A stretch of DNA of 64,000 bases from the human T2T-CHM13v2.0 reference genome, Homo sapiens, in NCBI RefSeq assembly GCF_009914755.1, contig NC_060944.1. One strand, 5' to 3'. Below, one piece after another: positions 1-28,510 of the stretch (positions are counted from its first letter, which is position 1; each line of letters begins with the position of its first letter). The notes under the pieces are model-generated. The model saw nothing but the letters and a program-made list of their open reading frames with translations. It was not told the DNA's origin and ran no database searches. A program made the position numbers and the translations under genes.

Positions 1-705
<705 letters not shown>

Positions 706-1094
706 TCAGGAGGAGGGTGGGTCTGGATCTGGGAGGATCACAAAAGCAAGCCAACTCCCCCAGGCCTAAGGGAGACCAGCTTGCAGTTAGACACAACTGA
801 GGGAAATGGGCTGACATTTCCTGTATCTTCCAGGTGTAAGCCCCAGAGAAAGCAAGTCACTGGATCAGGAACCATGGTCTCCTGGATCCAAATCTAGGCT
901 TTTCTCCCAGAAAGGACATCTGCCAGGGATGCCTGGTCCAGGTGGTGGAGGCTGGGTGGCTCACCGTTCTGTGGTTTCCGTCTTCGTGGAGAGTTTATTC
1001 CCTCACGTTGATGATGACGGAAGGGCAGGGCTTCTTCAAGGTGGCTGCTTCACTGGTTTGTGATCCACCCAGTGTACTCGGAGAGCTTCTCGCC

Positions 1095-1296
1095 ACACTT
1101 TTTCTGTAATTTGCCAGAAATAGTAAATATTTTAGGCTTCATGGGCCGTCTGTTCTCTGCCACGGTGCTAGACTTTGTTGTAGTGACAGCAGCCATACTG
1201 TTTACATATTATCTGTGGCAGCTTTTGACACCATATGGAGTAGAAAGCCTACATTTTGCTATCTGGTTCTTTACAGAAGAAGTTTGCCAACCCTGT
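1095..1296 (+). mobile_element. MER58-like hAT-Charlie DNA transposon fossil
   Basis: TAGTAAATATTTTAGGCTT and TTTACAGAAGAAGTTTGCCAACCCTG resemble the recalled MER58 consensus. Confidence 0.65.
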
Positions 1297-1303
1297 CATA
1301 TAG

Positions 1304-1688
<385 letters not shown>

Positions 1689-2712
1689 TAATGGCTGCAT
1701 TTTGTTTCCCTTCCACCAATGCTTCCAAAGCTGCTTAGTAATGACATTCAAAACAGAATCTGCCAAGATAAGACACCTTTTGAATAGCAATAGGAAAAGT
1801 ATCTGCAAATCCTGACTTCTCAACCAGCCCTGCCCTAGTGTCTAAGCTCCGACGGGCTGAAAAATGGGCATTTTCTAAGTCATTTCTCCTGATCCAAGAT
1901 CTTGAAACTCTTCAAACTTATAAATTAGGCCACCTGCTGAGCAATCCTGTAGGCCCTGTCCTAAGATGACTCAGGGCAGTCTCTTCTTTTCCCTGTAACC
2001 TGGTCCTATTCACGTGAAGCTATTTTTCAGCTATTTGCAAAAAGCTCCTTAAAATCTATTTTTCCCTTTAATTATAGTTTGCAGCTGGTCTTTCTGAAAG
2101 CAAAGAATTTATTGCTTGCCAAGGGCCATTAAAGATCAAGCTGGGTTAGGGGGTCTCCTTGCTGAATCCAGGGAGGAGGGTTCAAGACAGAGGCTATTTC
2201 CGAACCAGTTTTTCTAGTTCCCAGGCACTCTCCGGATTCTTCTCTGGGTTTACTTTTCTTAGGTGGAAACCCTACCTAGATTTGCAAATGACGTGGAGCT
2301 CTTTGTCACCCAAGATCCCTTGGGGCTCATGGGTCAGTCATTGTTTGGAAAGTGTTGCCTCTTAGGCTTTTCTATTTTTATAAAAGAGGGATTACTGTCT
2401 TTGCTCCCTGTAACCTTGGACTACTGCCAAGTTTTCTTGGTGGCATTTTCACTTGATAAATATGAGCCTTTCTGCTCCTGACCCAGAAGAGTGCTTCTCC
2501 TAGCAGTCTCAGGAGTTTCAGACCTAGTTATACCCCTGCATTTATCGCCTCAGACATGTCAAATGCAGATGTCACCTCCCAACCAACTTTTAGACACATT
2601 GGTGGAGCCAGAAAGATATAAAAGATTATCATTATGCTAATTTTTTAAATGTACAGAACTGCCCTTTTTAATCTTTAATTTTGGAGTTTTAGCCACAACT
2701 CCTTTAAAATAA

Positions 2713-3692
<980 letters not shown>

Positions 3693-4664
3693 TAAATCCA
3701 AGGATTTTTGTATCCACGGGTGGATCCTGGAACCACTGCGCCAGGGATACCGAGGAATGATTATACAGAAAAAGGAAATTTTCTGTATACAAGGAGAACC
3801 CAGTTGGAAACACCTCAGCATTTGCCTTATTTGAACACAGTTTAAACATTTGGCTGCCTGCAACTAACTGAAGCTCAGCTAGCTATTGGTTAAAAGAATA
3901 TACTCCTAATTTAGCCTCTCAGTTAATTTATGTGTTATGTTAGGTTACAGTTCATTACATAAAGGCCAAAGTATGGAAGCCTCCTCAGGCCAAATTTAGT
4001 TTAATTTAACAATTCCTCCCTTTTGGTCGGTCTCAATTTTGAGAGACTGACCAAAACCTTGACACTACTCTCTGTCACCATCATCCGACTAAATACGGAA
4101 CTTACTTAGTCTCTGTATACAATTCACAAGTCACAACAGTTGAACAATTCTTTATCTTCTGGCAGATCTAGTTCAAATGAGACCGTTCAACATTTGACGA
4201 ATGATTGTATACAAACATTTAAGATGTGAGAGGATAGGATACGGTGCACCAGGAGGACTATTATAATGGCTGTCAGGAGGGTTACACCAAAAAGACTGAA
4301 GTGTACTCCTTAACAAAAGCTTGTAGGAACTGAACCCATCCAAATCAAAGTTCAGGCAATATAGACAGCTCAATAATATTTGGCCATGGTCTGTATTCTG
4401 GATTTGATGGCAATTAAGGACTATAGTTTGGTGTAAAATGGCCTGATTTAAAGAGGTATCTGTTTTTGTTGTTAGCCTGATAATACAGGCTGTAGCAATC
4501 TAGAGACTTACCAAGAGAACAAGATGAGAAAAGCTTGGAAACACCAAGCTGGCCATCCACCGCTGAGGAGGCCCGTGGACCAACTGGTGGCTGCTCCCAT
4601 AAACACATCATCTGTTCCTTTTCCTTGAGAAATTCTCTTTTTTATTGTTGTTGTTACATTGGCA

Positions 4665-5354
<690 letters not shown>

Positions 5355-5796
5355 TAAGCTTTCTGTAGTAGGAAAATCAAAAGAAAAATAGATACAATAT
5401 TCCGTTTTCTTAAAAACCATATACAAGGCTCCGACTTGAGACAGAAGGAGATCTAAAGCAGGATGCTCTGCTAGGTGTTTTTGTTGAACACATGTATTAT
5501 CACCCACTTTTTAGAAAGTGGCTTCTACCCCTCTGAACAGCAGGGAGGTCTGGCTGACTGCAAGGTCCAAGGTGTTTCCCCAGTTTACAGATGAGTGTCA
5601 AATTCTATACTACTAGTGTCCCACAACTGCCAAGAGTGAGCCTCCAGAAACCTCACTGGAATCTTTCCTCGATGAAACTAACTTGTCTTCATAAACCCCA
5701 TAATTGCTCAGGTTTTTGCTAAAGCATAAACCTTAGCTAAGGCCATTCATAAACTATGGTTCCATGGATTTTCCTGGAGAGTAAAGGAAAGGATTA

Positions 5797-6823
<1,027 letters not shown>

Positions 6824-6831
6824 TTATTTAC

Positions 6832-7135
<304 letters not shown>

Positions 7136-7958
7136 TAACAGAATGCAATTATGGGCAATGAGATAAAGAGGAAAATGTTCTGACATTTCTAGAAATTTGC
7201 TCACACCTATATGAAATCTTACTTTCTTTCATTATCTCACCTGATACTCATAAAAACTTTGTGCAAGGGATTTTGAGGAGTACTAATATTTAGGAGAGTT
7301 GGGCAGATGAACAACTAACAAAGGTAAACAATCGAAAGATCCAAGAAACCAAGTGACGTTATTGTTTCAAAGAGGCACCGCTCCACAATTTCAAAGGCTG
7401 CTGAGAAATTAAGAATAAGAAGGTGACCTGTGTGTGGCTGATAGATGAACAAAATGGAAGCTATTAGTGAGCTTGGTACCTTTCTTGAGCCGTATTGCTT
7501 ATTCATATCTCATTCCATTTGTCTTGATATTCTGCCCAGAAGCTGGGACCATGCTTTGCACATGGCAAGTGCCCATTTTATGTCTGTTAGTAGCAGTTTT
7601 GCTGAGTGACTGAAACCAGAGACTTAGCAGAGATGGGTGTGCTCAGAGTTGGCCTCCACTCTATTCCCATTACAAAGCAAAATACAATACAAAGCAAAAT
7701 ACAAATACAATACCAATACAAAGCAAAATTCCCATTACAAAAACTCATCGCCAGACAGTTCTACTTACAGGAATTTGTCCTAAAGACAGTTCCCCCAAAG
7801 CCTGAGATGCTCTACTTACAAGGATATTAATTGCAATGCTATTTGTAATAGCAAAAGGCGGGAAACCACCTAAATTCCACCAACTAGAGATTGTGCAATA
7901 AGCTGCAAAGCATCCAGTCAGTGGGGCAATAGGATGCCCCTTTAAGAAAGAACAAGGC

Positions 7959-9124
<1,166 letters not shown>

Positions 9125-10599
9125 AGAAAGCATACATTTTTTATTTAGATTGTATGCTTATCTGGCGTGGCTTGATACGGGGGTGCTGATGGGGATTGGG
9201 AGGTAGAGAAATACCCTCCCAATAATAATAGCCAAACGCAACATAGCACTTGTGATATTTTCTGTGAATTTTATTAGTATGAACTCATTTCAACCTCCTA
9301 ACAACCCTGTGGGGCAGGTCCTTTTCATACCCCCATTTGTGAGGACACAGTGGCCTTTCTAATATCACACACCAGCAAGTGTCAAAGCTTCAAACCCAGG
9401 CAGCCTGGTCACAGAGAGTCACATAACTGCTCTGCAAACCTGCCTCCCTCTGCTTCAGAGGGGCTCAGATTCGGGGTTTACCTCTCACTAGCTGGGCAAG
9501 CTTAGGCACTGGCCTTCTCAGAGCCTTGGTTTTCTCGCCGCAGAATGAGGGTAACTGCAGAGTTGTTGAGAAGCATTTGAAGCACCTGATTCTTGGTGCT
9601 CAATACAGGGAACGTGTGATAGTTACTGCCGACTTAGAGCAGAGCTTAGGCAGGCACTGCACCAGGATTTGACTATTGATGCATCTCCAAGCTGAGCCTC
9701 GGTAGGCCTGTGGTCCCATGCTAGAGAGCAGCTGCCAGTGCCTCCATCTGCCGCAAAGCTTGGCTGTGTGTGGATGGGTGGGACAAGTCACTCCAGAAGC
9801 TTCTCCCCTTAAGACATCCTGACATTAAGGGATCTTCTTCCTTTGCTCCTCTTTCTGTCCTCCCTGCCCCCCTTCCTCCCTCCCTTTCTTCTTTAAATGC
9901 CCAAAGTCAGTTGATACCTTTTCTTAAGTAACTCAATAAGCAAGACAGGCAGTTTGCTCATGGTTGGCAGTGGGCAGGATTAAGGGAGGATTAGGGCCCT
10001 TTGTCAATGTCTCATCTCCTGTCTGCAGAGACAAGACCTGAAGGATTGCTAAAGAATGCCCTTGGTAACAACTGTTTCTCCAGGACCTTGTTTGGCTTCC
10101 CCCTGGCTGGGTGGAACCCGCTGTGTGCAGCCTTCGCAGGGAGGTGGGCCGAAGGCTGCCAACGTTGGAGCAGGTGAGCTATGGCATTTGCATTGGGCTG
10201 GGTCTCCATTCTTGGGCCAAATCAACTCACCTCTTGGGCGAGTTGCTTCAGACTTCAGAAACAAGCCACATCATGCCGAGAGGCTTTCCCCCCAGTTCCA
10301 GGGCCCAAGGGTGCAGGCACATAGCCAGCCCAGCCTTCTCTTCCCTGTGTGTTCCCTTCTCCCCTGGGTTTCTCCTCCCTTGTGAAGAAACAGCACACCT
10401 GCTTTTACACAAGGCCAGTCCTCCACGGGCGCCCTCATCCCACCCCTTTTGACCTTCTCAAGGACTACAAGTCTCTAATGATCCTCTCCCTCTCCTGACT
10501 CATCCATCTCTCCCTCTCCCTTGTGACTCAGCAGTGTACAGACCTGCTTCTAGATTAAAACAAAAACAGAAACCCCTCCGACCACCCCCTCCACCTTTT

Positions 10600-11650
10600 T
10601 TCCTGCTTTTCCTCAGAGACAAACTTCTCAGCACCCCCTGCCTCCTTTCCTCAATTCCCGTCCATTCTCCAGCCCACTTCCAGCTGGCTTTGGCACCCAC
10701 TGTCCCTCCTCTCAGATTCACTCTTGTCAAGGTCACCAGGAATACCCGGTGCACAGTACAACAGGCACTTCCATGTCCTCGCGGGATGGGTCTTCCCAGC
10801 TGCACTTGACGCAGCTGACCCAGGGTGCTCCCCTGCTTCCCCTCCTGGGGCACGCTCATGGCTTTCCCGCCTCCTCCCTCTGACCCTCCTGCCTCCTCCC
10901 TCTGATCCTCCTGCCTCCTTCCTCGGACCCAGGGCGCTCTCCTCCCTCCTCTCCTGGAACACGCTCATGGCTTTCCCACCTCCTCCCTGGCCATCTCTTC
11001 TCAGTCTTCATTTCCAACTTTTCCTCTTTCTGTTCTCTGAATGTTGGCTTTCTGCATGGCTAAGCCCTGGGTCCCCCTCTAGCTAGACTCTCATGGGATG
11101 GTCTCATCCATGGCCAAGGTTTTTAACATAATCTAGAAGCTGAGACTCCCATATTGCATCTCTGGTCTTGCTGTCAACTCACATGTCCGTGGCCTGCTGG
11201 ATACCCCTGTTCTGTCTCTTGGGCATTCCACACTTAGTGTTTCCTAAATCAGACTGTCCAGGGCCTTCCACATTGGTTTGCTCCCAGTCTCCCTTGGAGC
11301 CGGCACTGGTGCCACCCTTCCACCTGGTGCCTGGCTGCCAAGCTTGATTCCCTCCTCCTCCTCCCTAAACCCTCCCCTCCTCAGACCTCACTTTTTCCAT
11401 CCTCACATTGCCACCCTAGGCCAGGCCACCATCAGCTCCTGCCTGGACACTGTGACAGCCTCCTAAGTGATCGACAGCCCCCATTTTTCACGCTGCTGCC
11501 ATTGAGATCTTTCTAGAATAAAAATCAAATCAAGCCAGTCCCTTGCTTAAAACCATTTCACGCTCCCTATTGCTCTTCAGGTGAAGCTAACCTCCTTAAC
11601 TTGGTTTACACAGCCCTTCCCAGCCAGCCCCTCCCTGCCTCTCCCACCTC
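10600..11650. mobile_element. L2 LINE fossil fragments
   Basis: CT-rich sequence with L2-like motifs (CAGGCCACCATCAGCTCCTGCCTGGAC, CTTGCTTAAAACC, CCTCCTTAACTTGG). Confidence 0.65.
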
Positions 11651-11895
11651 CAGTGCCACCCCCAGACCTCAAGTGATCCACCCACCTCAGCCTCTCAAAG
11701 TGCTGGGTGGTGGCTCACACCTGGCGTCGTCCTCTTCCTCCCTTCCTCTTCCCCTGCCCCTTCCCCTTGCCCTCCTCCTCCTCCTACTCCTCCTTCTTCC
11801 TCCTCCTTCTTCTATGAGTGGTCAGTTATTCCAATGATAGATTACAGAATTGGCTTCTGCCTTTCAAAAATTAAATCATAACCCATCTCCTGAAG

Positions 11896-11965
11896 TTTGA
11901 ACACAGCCTTGCCTAATTTTGTTTCATTTATGTTATTGTTATCACTACAGTTATTTGGGGTGGCC
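11896..11965 (+). repeat. 70-bp dispersed direct repeat, copy 1 (copy 2 at 15531-15600)
   Basis: 67/70 identical by direct comparison. Confidence 0.95.
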
Positions 11966-12089
11966 TGAGGACACGGCTGGAGCTGGAGTGTGGCTGTGAC
12001 CTCCTCTTGACATCTTTCTGCACCACTATTAATGGTATCCCAAGTGCTGGGCACAGAGGAGGAGATAGATCAATATTTGATGAATAAAT

Positions 12090-12747
<658 letters not shown>

Positions 12748-13467
12748 TCATGTTATTGGCCTGGAGCGGTTAATTTTATCAGCATACACAAGACTCTCAG
12801 TCTCCAAATCATGGAACTATAGGATGGCAGGATGGGAGAATCCCTGGACCACCCAGGGCCCAACCTCCAAATTTATCAGTTGAGCCAGCTGAGCCATTGC
12901 TCACCCACAGTTGTCCCGGAGCAGGCAGGCTGCCTGCAGGATGGAAGAACGTGGAGGAGGAAGGGTGTGCAGGGGCCAGGTCTTACCTGGATTTGTTGAT
13001 TTTATTCTCAATATGATGAGAAGTCCCGAGAGACTTTAACATAATCCCTGATCTTATTTTATTTTATTTTATTTTATTTTAAAGATCATTGCAATCCCTG
13101 CAAAACCAGATTCAGGACTGGAGAGAGAAAATAAGGTATGGGCTGGGGAGTCAACACACATTTGTGCCTCTTTGATGGCAAGGCCTAGGAACACATGCCT
13201 GGGGTCAGCTTGCCATCATGTGGCCAAACCTAAGGACTGCACATCTCCCATCTTGCTTTCCCAGGGCTCCGTGTACTTGTGGAGACAGGATTTGGACCCA
13301 GGTCTCTCCTCCCACCAAAGTTCAGGGTCTATAGGCCTGAGTTCAAGTCCCGGTTCCTGCACTCCCAGCCATATGACCAAAGAGGATTCAGGTTCTGTAT
13401 CCGACTCATGGGGACAGCAACACACTCATCTCTCACAGTGAAGACCCAGTAAGAAATGGCAGCTGTC

Positions 13468-14606
<1,139 letters not shown>

Positions 14607-15530
14607 TCAAGGCTCTGTTCAAAATGCAGGACTTCCACTCCCCAGGTCAGCAGTGAGCCCAAGGCTCTAGCTCCAGCGGAAGGCTGGACAGTGTTAGGGC
14701 CGGAGGTGCCAGGCAGGCACCCCAGAATGAGATGCAGAAACGGCCAGTGAGGACAGAAGCCATGGTGCTTTGGAAGCCCAGCTCCTTCTTCCTGCTGATG
14801 AACAGGCATCCAGAGAGCCTGTGAGCGGGGCTGTGTGCTCCAGGTCATGTCCCAGGTGTACAGAATTTCAGGAATTTAGTGGAGCTCTCGCCCAGCAATT
14901 TTTTGCTTTACAGGAGAGGAAGCTGAGATCCTGAAAGAGGTGGGGCCCGGCCCAGGGTCACTCAGCAATTTTCAGTAGCTGCTCCCTACTGGGGAACTGT
15001 GTGTCTGAGGTCGTGGCCATCTGTCCAAAGAGCTTCTTCTGACCAAAGTGCTCATTTTCATAGTGTGACCACAGAGGTATGTATTTTATAACCTTACCTC
15101 ATTTCATCATCCCAGCAGCCTTGCAGGGAGGTTTATTTCCATTTTGCAAATGAGGACTCTGAGGCTCAGGGAGGTGACGTGACATGCGCAAGGCTGGGAG
15201 GGGTGGGTGAGGACTTGCCCTGTCTCCACTGGCCTCCAGACCCTGCGCTCACAGCTGGTCCCGTGTGGCATTACAAGAACATTTGAGCTTCTCAGGAGGG
15301 TTAATAAAGGGTGTAAGAAAGGACAGATCTTTAGGAGGGCCGTCTTCAGAGTTTACTTCTCTGTGTTCTAGAGAGAACCAACGACCCTCATGCATTGCTT
15401 TTTGGCAAGGGAAATGAAGGATTCAGGACAGTGGGCACTGGGCACCCACAGGGTTTATTCAAGCAGCCGAAGCTCCTGCTTCAGAACCTTGGCACGGTTA
15501 GGGCCCAAATAAGGGTCTTTTCCTTCTCAC

Positions 15531-15600
15531 TTTGAACACAGCCTCGCCTAATTTTGTTTCATTTATATTATTGTTATCACTGCAGTTATTTGGGGTGGCC
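15531..15600 (+). repeat. 70-bp dispersed direct repeat, copy 2
   Basis: Matches 11896-11965 with 3 substitutions. Confidence 0.95.
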
Positions 15601-16387
15601 ACCCCCATCCCACAGCTGCTCCCACCCTTCTCTGCTGTAGAAATGGAGGAGGGAAGGCCCAGTGGCTCCAGTGTGAGGGGAAGAGACCTGACTGCACCTG
15701 GGCTGTGTCTTCTCCGTCCACAGTACACCCGTGGGAAGAGGAGTCGGGGCATCCCTTGCTGGAAATACCCCAGCCCTGAAGGTTGCTGGCAAAACCACCA
15801 TTTAATTCAGAACAAAAAGTCTGCTCCAGGAGCCCCTGAGAGCGTCAAAAAGAACAAGGTGGGTGGGTTGGGGGGAAACATCACTGAGAGGCTACCTAGG
15901 CCTGGATCCCCGGCAGATGCAGGTCCACAACCCGACGCCGACCACTGGCCGGCCCTCCCGAGTGTCTGACTGCGGGACTACCTGGCATCCACTCGAAGAG
16001 ACCAGCCTGGGGCATCCCTCCCTGCGCCCCAACCCCTGTGGACACTCCCTCGGGAGCATTTCTAACTAGGCCTGGGTATGTGAAAAAAGAGGAATCCTTT
16101 CGCAGAAGGCAGGCTGGACCTGGGAAAACAGTTCTCCATGGATGGAGAAGTGAGGGGATAAAGGATGATGAACTTAGCTGTTTTCTTTCCTGTCCACATT
16201 GTTTCTAGGTTCTTTGGAACCAGGGGTCATCTTTTATCTCCCACAGTAACTCATGTCTGCCTTAGACTTATTTCCAACCCCTCAAGATCAGTTGAAGATC
16301 TTTGTAGGATCTACACATTCATACTTTACTTACTGACACCCCACAACCTGTAAACCATAACAAAATGCACCTGCTGCACACATCTGA

Positions 16388-16726
<339 letters not shown>

Positions 16727-16809
16727 TAAAATGTATAACTGAGTTTTGCCAGCTGAATATAGTTCAATTTGTTCTTGTGATTCAAACTTTATTATGTTTT
16801 TATATAAAG

Positions 16810-17749
16810 CTATATCAAGAATCCAAAAACATTCTATACATTTGGAAGTTTAAAGACAAGCCTCTAAATAGGTCACAATCAAAGAGGAAATCACAATGTA
16901 AATGGGAAAATACCTAGAACTGAAGGACAATGAAAACCCTACCTAGTTAAATGCGTGGGAGGCAGGTAAGGTTGTACCTAAGAGAAAATATATGGCCTTA
17001 AATAAATGCACATATATAATCAGGAAGAAAGACCAAAAAATAATGAGTTAAAGTTTCAACTCAACAAATTAGAAAAGGACACCAGAGTAAATCCAAAGAA
17101 AATGAAAGAGAATGATAAAAATAATAGTAGAAATTAATTAGAATGCACTCAGAGTATCAACAAAACCAGAAGTTGGCTCTTTGAAAATGAAGACAAATAA
17201 CTAAGACTAATAACTAAGACAAATAACTAAGATATTATTTATGAAAAAAAAGAAAATTATACATTTTATGAATGGAAACAGAGGCACTACAGACATGGTA
17301 GAGATTAAAAAATAAAAGGACAAGCCAAGCACACTGGCATGTGCCTCTAATCCCAGCTACTTGGGAGACTGAGACAGGAGGATCACTTGAGACTAGGAGT
17401 TTGAGGCTGCAGTGAGCTGTGATCATGTCACTGCACTCCAGTGTGGGTGACAGAGGGCGACCCTGTCTCTGAAAAGTAAATACACAGAGATAAGAGAACA
17501 CTTTGAAGCAGCTATATACCAATGAATTTGAAAATTTAGAAGAAAACGACAATTTCCTGGGAAAACACAACCTACCAAAATCACTTTTGAGGACTGCAGT
17601 ACACCTACATTCATTATATTGAATCAGTAGTTTTACATGCAGCCAAGAGACTCTACAAAACCTCTGTGATTTTGCAAGAAAGTCCTAACAAATAAAAAAC
17701 AGATAATCCTTGTATTGTTCCAGAGAATAAAAAATGAGAGAAAACTCCC
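16810..17749 (+). mobile_element. Old L1M ORF2 remnant with an Alu monomer inserted at 17320-17475
   Basis: A-rich L1 ORF2-like motifs (AAAGAGGAAATCACAA, AGTTGGCTCTTTGAAA, AATTTCCTGGGAAAACACAACCTACCAAAA); no open frame. Confidence 0.8.
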
Positions 17750-19997
<2,248 letters not shown>

Positions 19998-20339
19998 TCA
20001 TTCCGCATCATCCCCCGACTTTGGCCATCTGCACCCCAGTTGCCCTCAACCAAAGTCAAGCTCCACTCTCTAAGCTGGGCTTGTACTGTCGGGGTTCCCT
20101 TGCTGACGGCTCTCCTCATGAGACTCTGATTTTCCCCAAGACAGACCTTCCCCCTCCTTTTCCTTTATATGTTGAGCAGCAGGGTCCCTAGTGTTGGGCA
20201 AAGACCCTGGCAGACGGTGGGCGGTTAGGAATTGTCAGTGGGAGGAGTTATACCCAGTCATAATTGAGGACCCAGTGATGGTTGGATTTATGATGACTGC
20301 CAGGCACCGTGCTGAGTTCTGCAAACCCTAAATTCTAGA

Positions 20340-20510
20340 CCAGGGGTTCTCAAAGTGCACTCCCCACCCGAGCAGCATCAGTATCCCAAAATTCCTGGGC
20401 CTCACCCCAGACCCACTGAATCAGAAACTCTAAGGGTTGATCCTAGCAATCCATGGCTTAACAATTTCTCTGGGTGGTTCTGGTCCACATTTACATTTGA
20501 GAGCCACCGT
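20340..20510. mobile_element. MER5A-like DNA transposon fossil
   Basis: GGGGTTCTCAAAGTG...CCCAGACCCACTGAATCAGAAACTCT...TTTGAGAGCCAC. Confidence 0.75.
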
Positions 20511-20732
20511 TTTGGAGTTTGAGAAGACAATGAATTAGGGCAAATGGGTCAATTCCCAGCAGAGAGAAGCAAGAATCTTTTCTGAGGCCCACACTGAATT
20601 CCAGCTCTTTCCTGGGCTGATGTTACCATTGTCCTTCATGGGGTGGGTCCACATTTCCAGTCGCCCACCTGGGGAGCTGGTGCAGCAGAGAATGTGCTTA
20701 AGGCTCAAATCCCAGCTTTTTTCCTGTTTTAA

Positions 20733-22818
<2,086 letters not shown>

Positions 22819-23616
22819 GGTCTTTAGAGCTTATTTTCAAGCCCATCACAAAGTCCACTCCTCCTCACCACCCCATGAACTTTCTCGTTGTTCTTGCTGC
22901 TATCTAGAGTGCCATTCCTGTCTTTCTCCTTCTCCTAGAAGTTTTATGCAATCCATAGAACAATGCAGAAGTGACGGGGGGTTGGGGGAGGATTAGGAGG
23001 AGGAGGAGGAGGAGGAGGAAGGGAGAATGAACTGCTCCCAGTTCTCTGGCATGTATCCTGCCCCTTGCTTCATGCTCATGAAAAACATTTTATAGCATAT
23101 TTACAGCTGCTTAGATGTAGGTGCAATGTATCCATGGAAATAATCCTTGCAGGATATACAATTTATTGTGTAAGTTAAGGAATAAAATGTCAGAAGGATG
23201 AATTATGTGCCCAGTGACATATAGCAACGGCATGGCTGAGATTAGCCTGGTTATCCCAATCACTCCTGCTCTTTCCCAAAAAAATGAGTGAGGAATGTGC
23301 CCCAGCTCCTCCATGTCTAACCTCCGTGCTGAGATGTGCTGAGCACCTACTATGTGCCAGGCACCGCACTGAGCTCTTTATACAATTAGATCTCATTGTT
23401 TCACCACCACATTGCAAGGCAGTTACTGTATCATCCTGATTCTATAAATGGAAACAGTAAAGCTCAGAGAGATACTTTAATAACTCAACCATTGTTACCC
23501 AGCCTGGGTGTGGCAGGGAAGCGATCTGAACCCAGGTAACCTAGCTTCGAGACTGTGGGCTTCACCACTGCTTTCTATTGGCAACCTTCAGATAGTTTCT
23601 TTCTCTTGAATATTTA

Positions 23617-24511
<895 letters not shown>

Positions 24512-24963
24512 TTTGGCTGTTTCTATTTTGTAGACTAATAACAAAAAACATTTTTGAATGCCTTCATAGACTTTAATTCCATTAGCTTAATTCCACCTGA
24601 AAAACCTGTTGATCGAGCAAAACTAGGTTATTTGGACTTCCTGCAGTAAAGGAGAACACCGTCAACAGATTCAAATTAGGGAAATTAGGGAATGGTATTT
24701 ATGGGTTTTTAGGGCCCTGGCTGGGTGATGTTAAAGCAAGTCTTGCAAGGCAGGAAACTGGTTGCGATTGGGGAGTTTCTGACATAAGAGCTTTGGAATG
24801 GTGGGCCCAGGAAGACAGGGTTTTGAACTCACATCTGATGCATAATCTTATCTTCCAGAGCAGGTATTTTTTTGGAGCAAGAAGTGAAGTGACTTTTGCC
24901 TGTCTTGATATTGCTTAACCCAAGGATTATGTTGGTTTTAGCCCTTGCTAATTACAATAATAG

Positions 24964-27521
<2,558 letters not shown>

Positions 27522-28510
27522 TTATATGCCTGGTTAGGGCCTGGCTCCAAATGTCCCCCAGCAAACAGGTTTGTTTTTTTTTTTGTAATTACCATACTTT
27601 GGGCTTGGCCCTCACAAGATTATCTCCCTTGAATTAGATAGGATTTTTTTGGACACGATGAAAAACCGTGCCTCCTCTTAACAGTTACTATATTATAATG
27701 CTATGCCTTGGTCTTTACTGCGGGGGTCTCCTAGTTCCAGGAGGATATTAACCCACACATATTTGTGTATTTAGATGAAGGTAATATATGGTCCTGGTAT
27801 TAAAACTTCAATCACTATAGAAGAGTTTTTAACAAGATTTAAAATCTGTGCAGACCCCATGACTCAGCAGTTTGAACTCCAGGAACCTCATCTTTAAAAA
27901 CATGCAACCAGCAGGTGTGCAGAGGATACTTCTTTTATCTCTCTTTGTAAAAGCAGGAAAAACTGGAATAACCTAAGGGTCTATTGAGGAGAGAGGGGTT
28001 GCTGACTTACACATCAGGGTCTATCCATACAATGGAATGCCTCTCAGGTGTCAAAAATAAGGAGGCTGAGCTGAAGATGGTATCAAGGATTTGGCATTAG
28101 AGAACAAAGCAAACATTAACATTATGTATGCTTGCACAGAGATAGATACTCATATAACTGCCTAGACAAGGGCCTAAAAATGCAAAGTACTTAAATCTGT
28201 TACCTCTTTGGCATTTTAAAAAGATTGTATTTAGATAATATTGAGGTCATTTTAGAAGACACACACTTACTGCATTAAAACAAGCAAAAGTTGAACAAAA
28301 AGGTAATAACGTTAAGCAGGTTACAATTCCATTGTAAGTAAATGGTGGTGTTAATAGTTCAAGTGCTTCCTTGGTCACTTTAAGATTGTTTTTCCAGAGC
28401 TGGGCAGCAGGAGAAATAAGTTAAAATTTCATTCCGACATCCCCCTGCCAAAAAATAGCCTGAAAATTCAGCCTCAGCTCTGGTCTGAATCCGGTGACAG
28501 GACTGACTAC

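Noticed and set aside
24590-24960. Possible old LTR fragment
   Set aside because: Composition is LTR-like but I could not match a family or define ends
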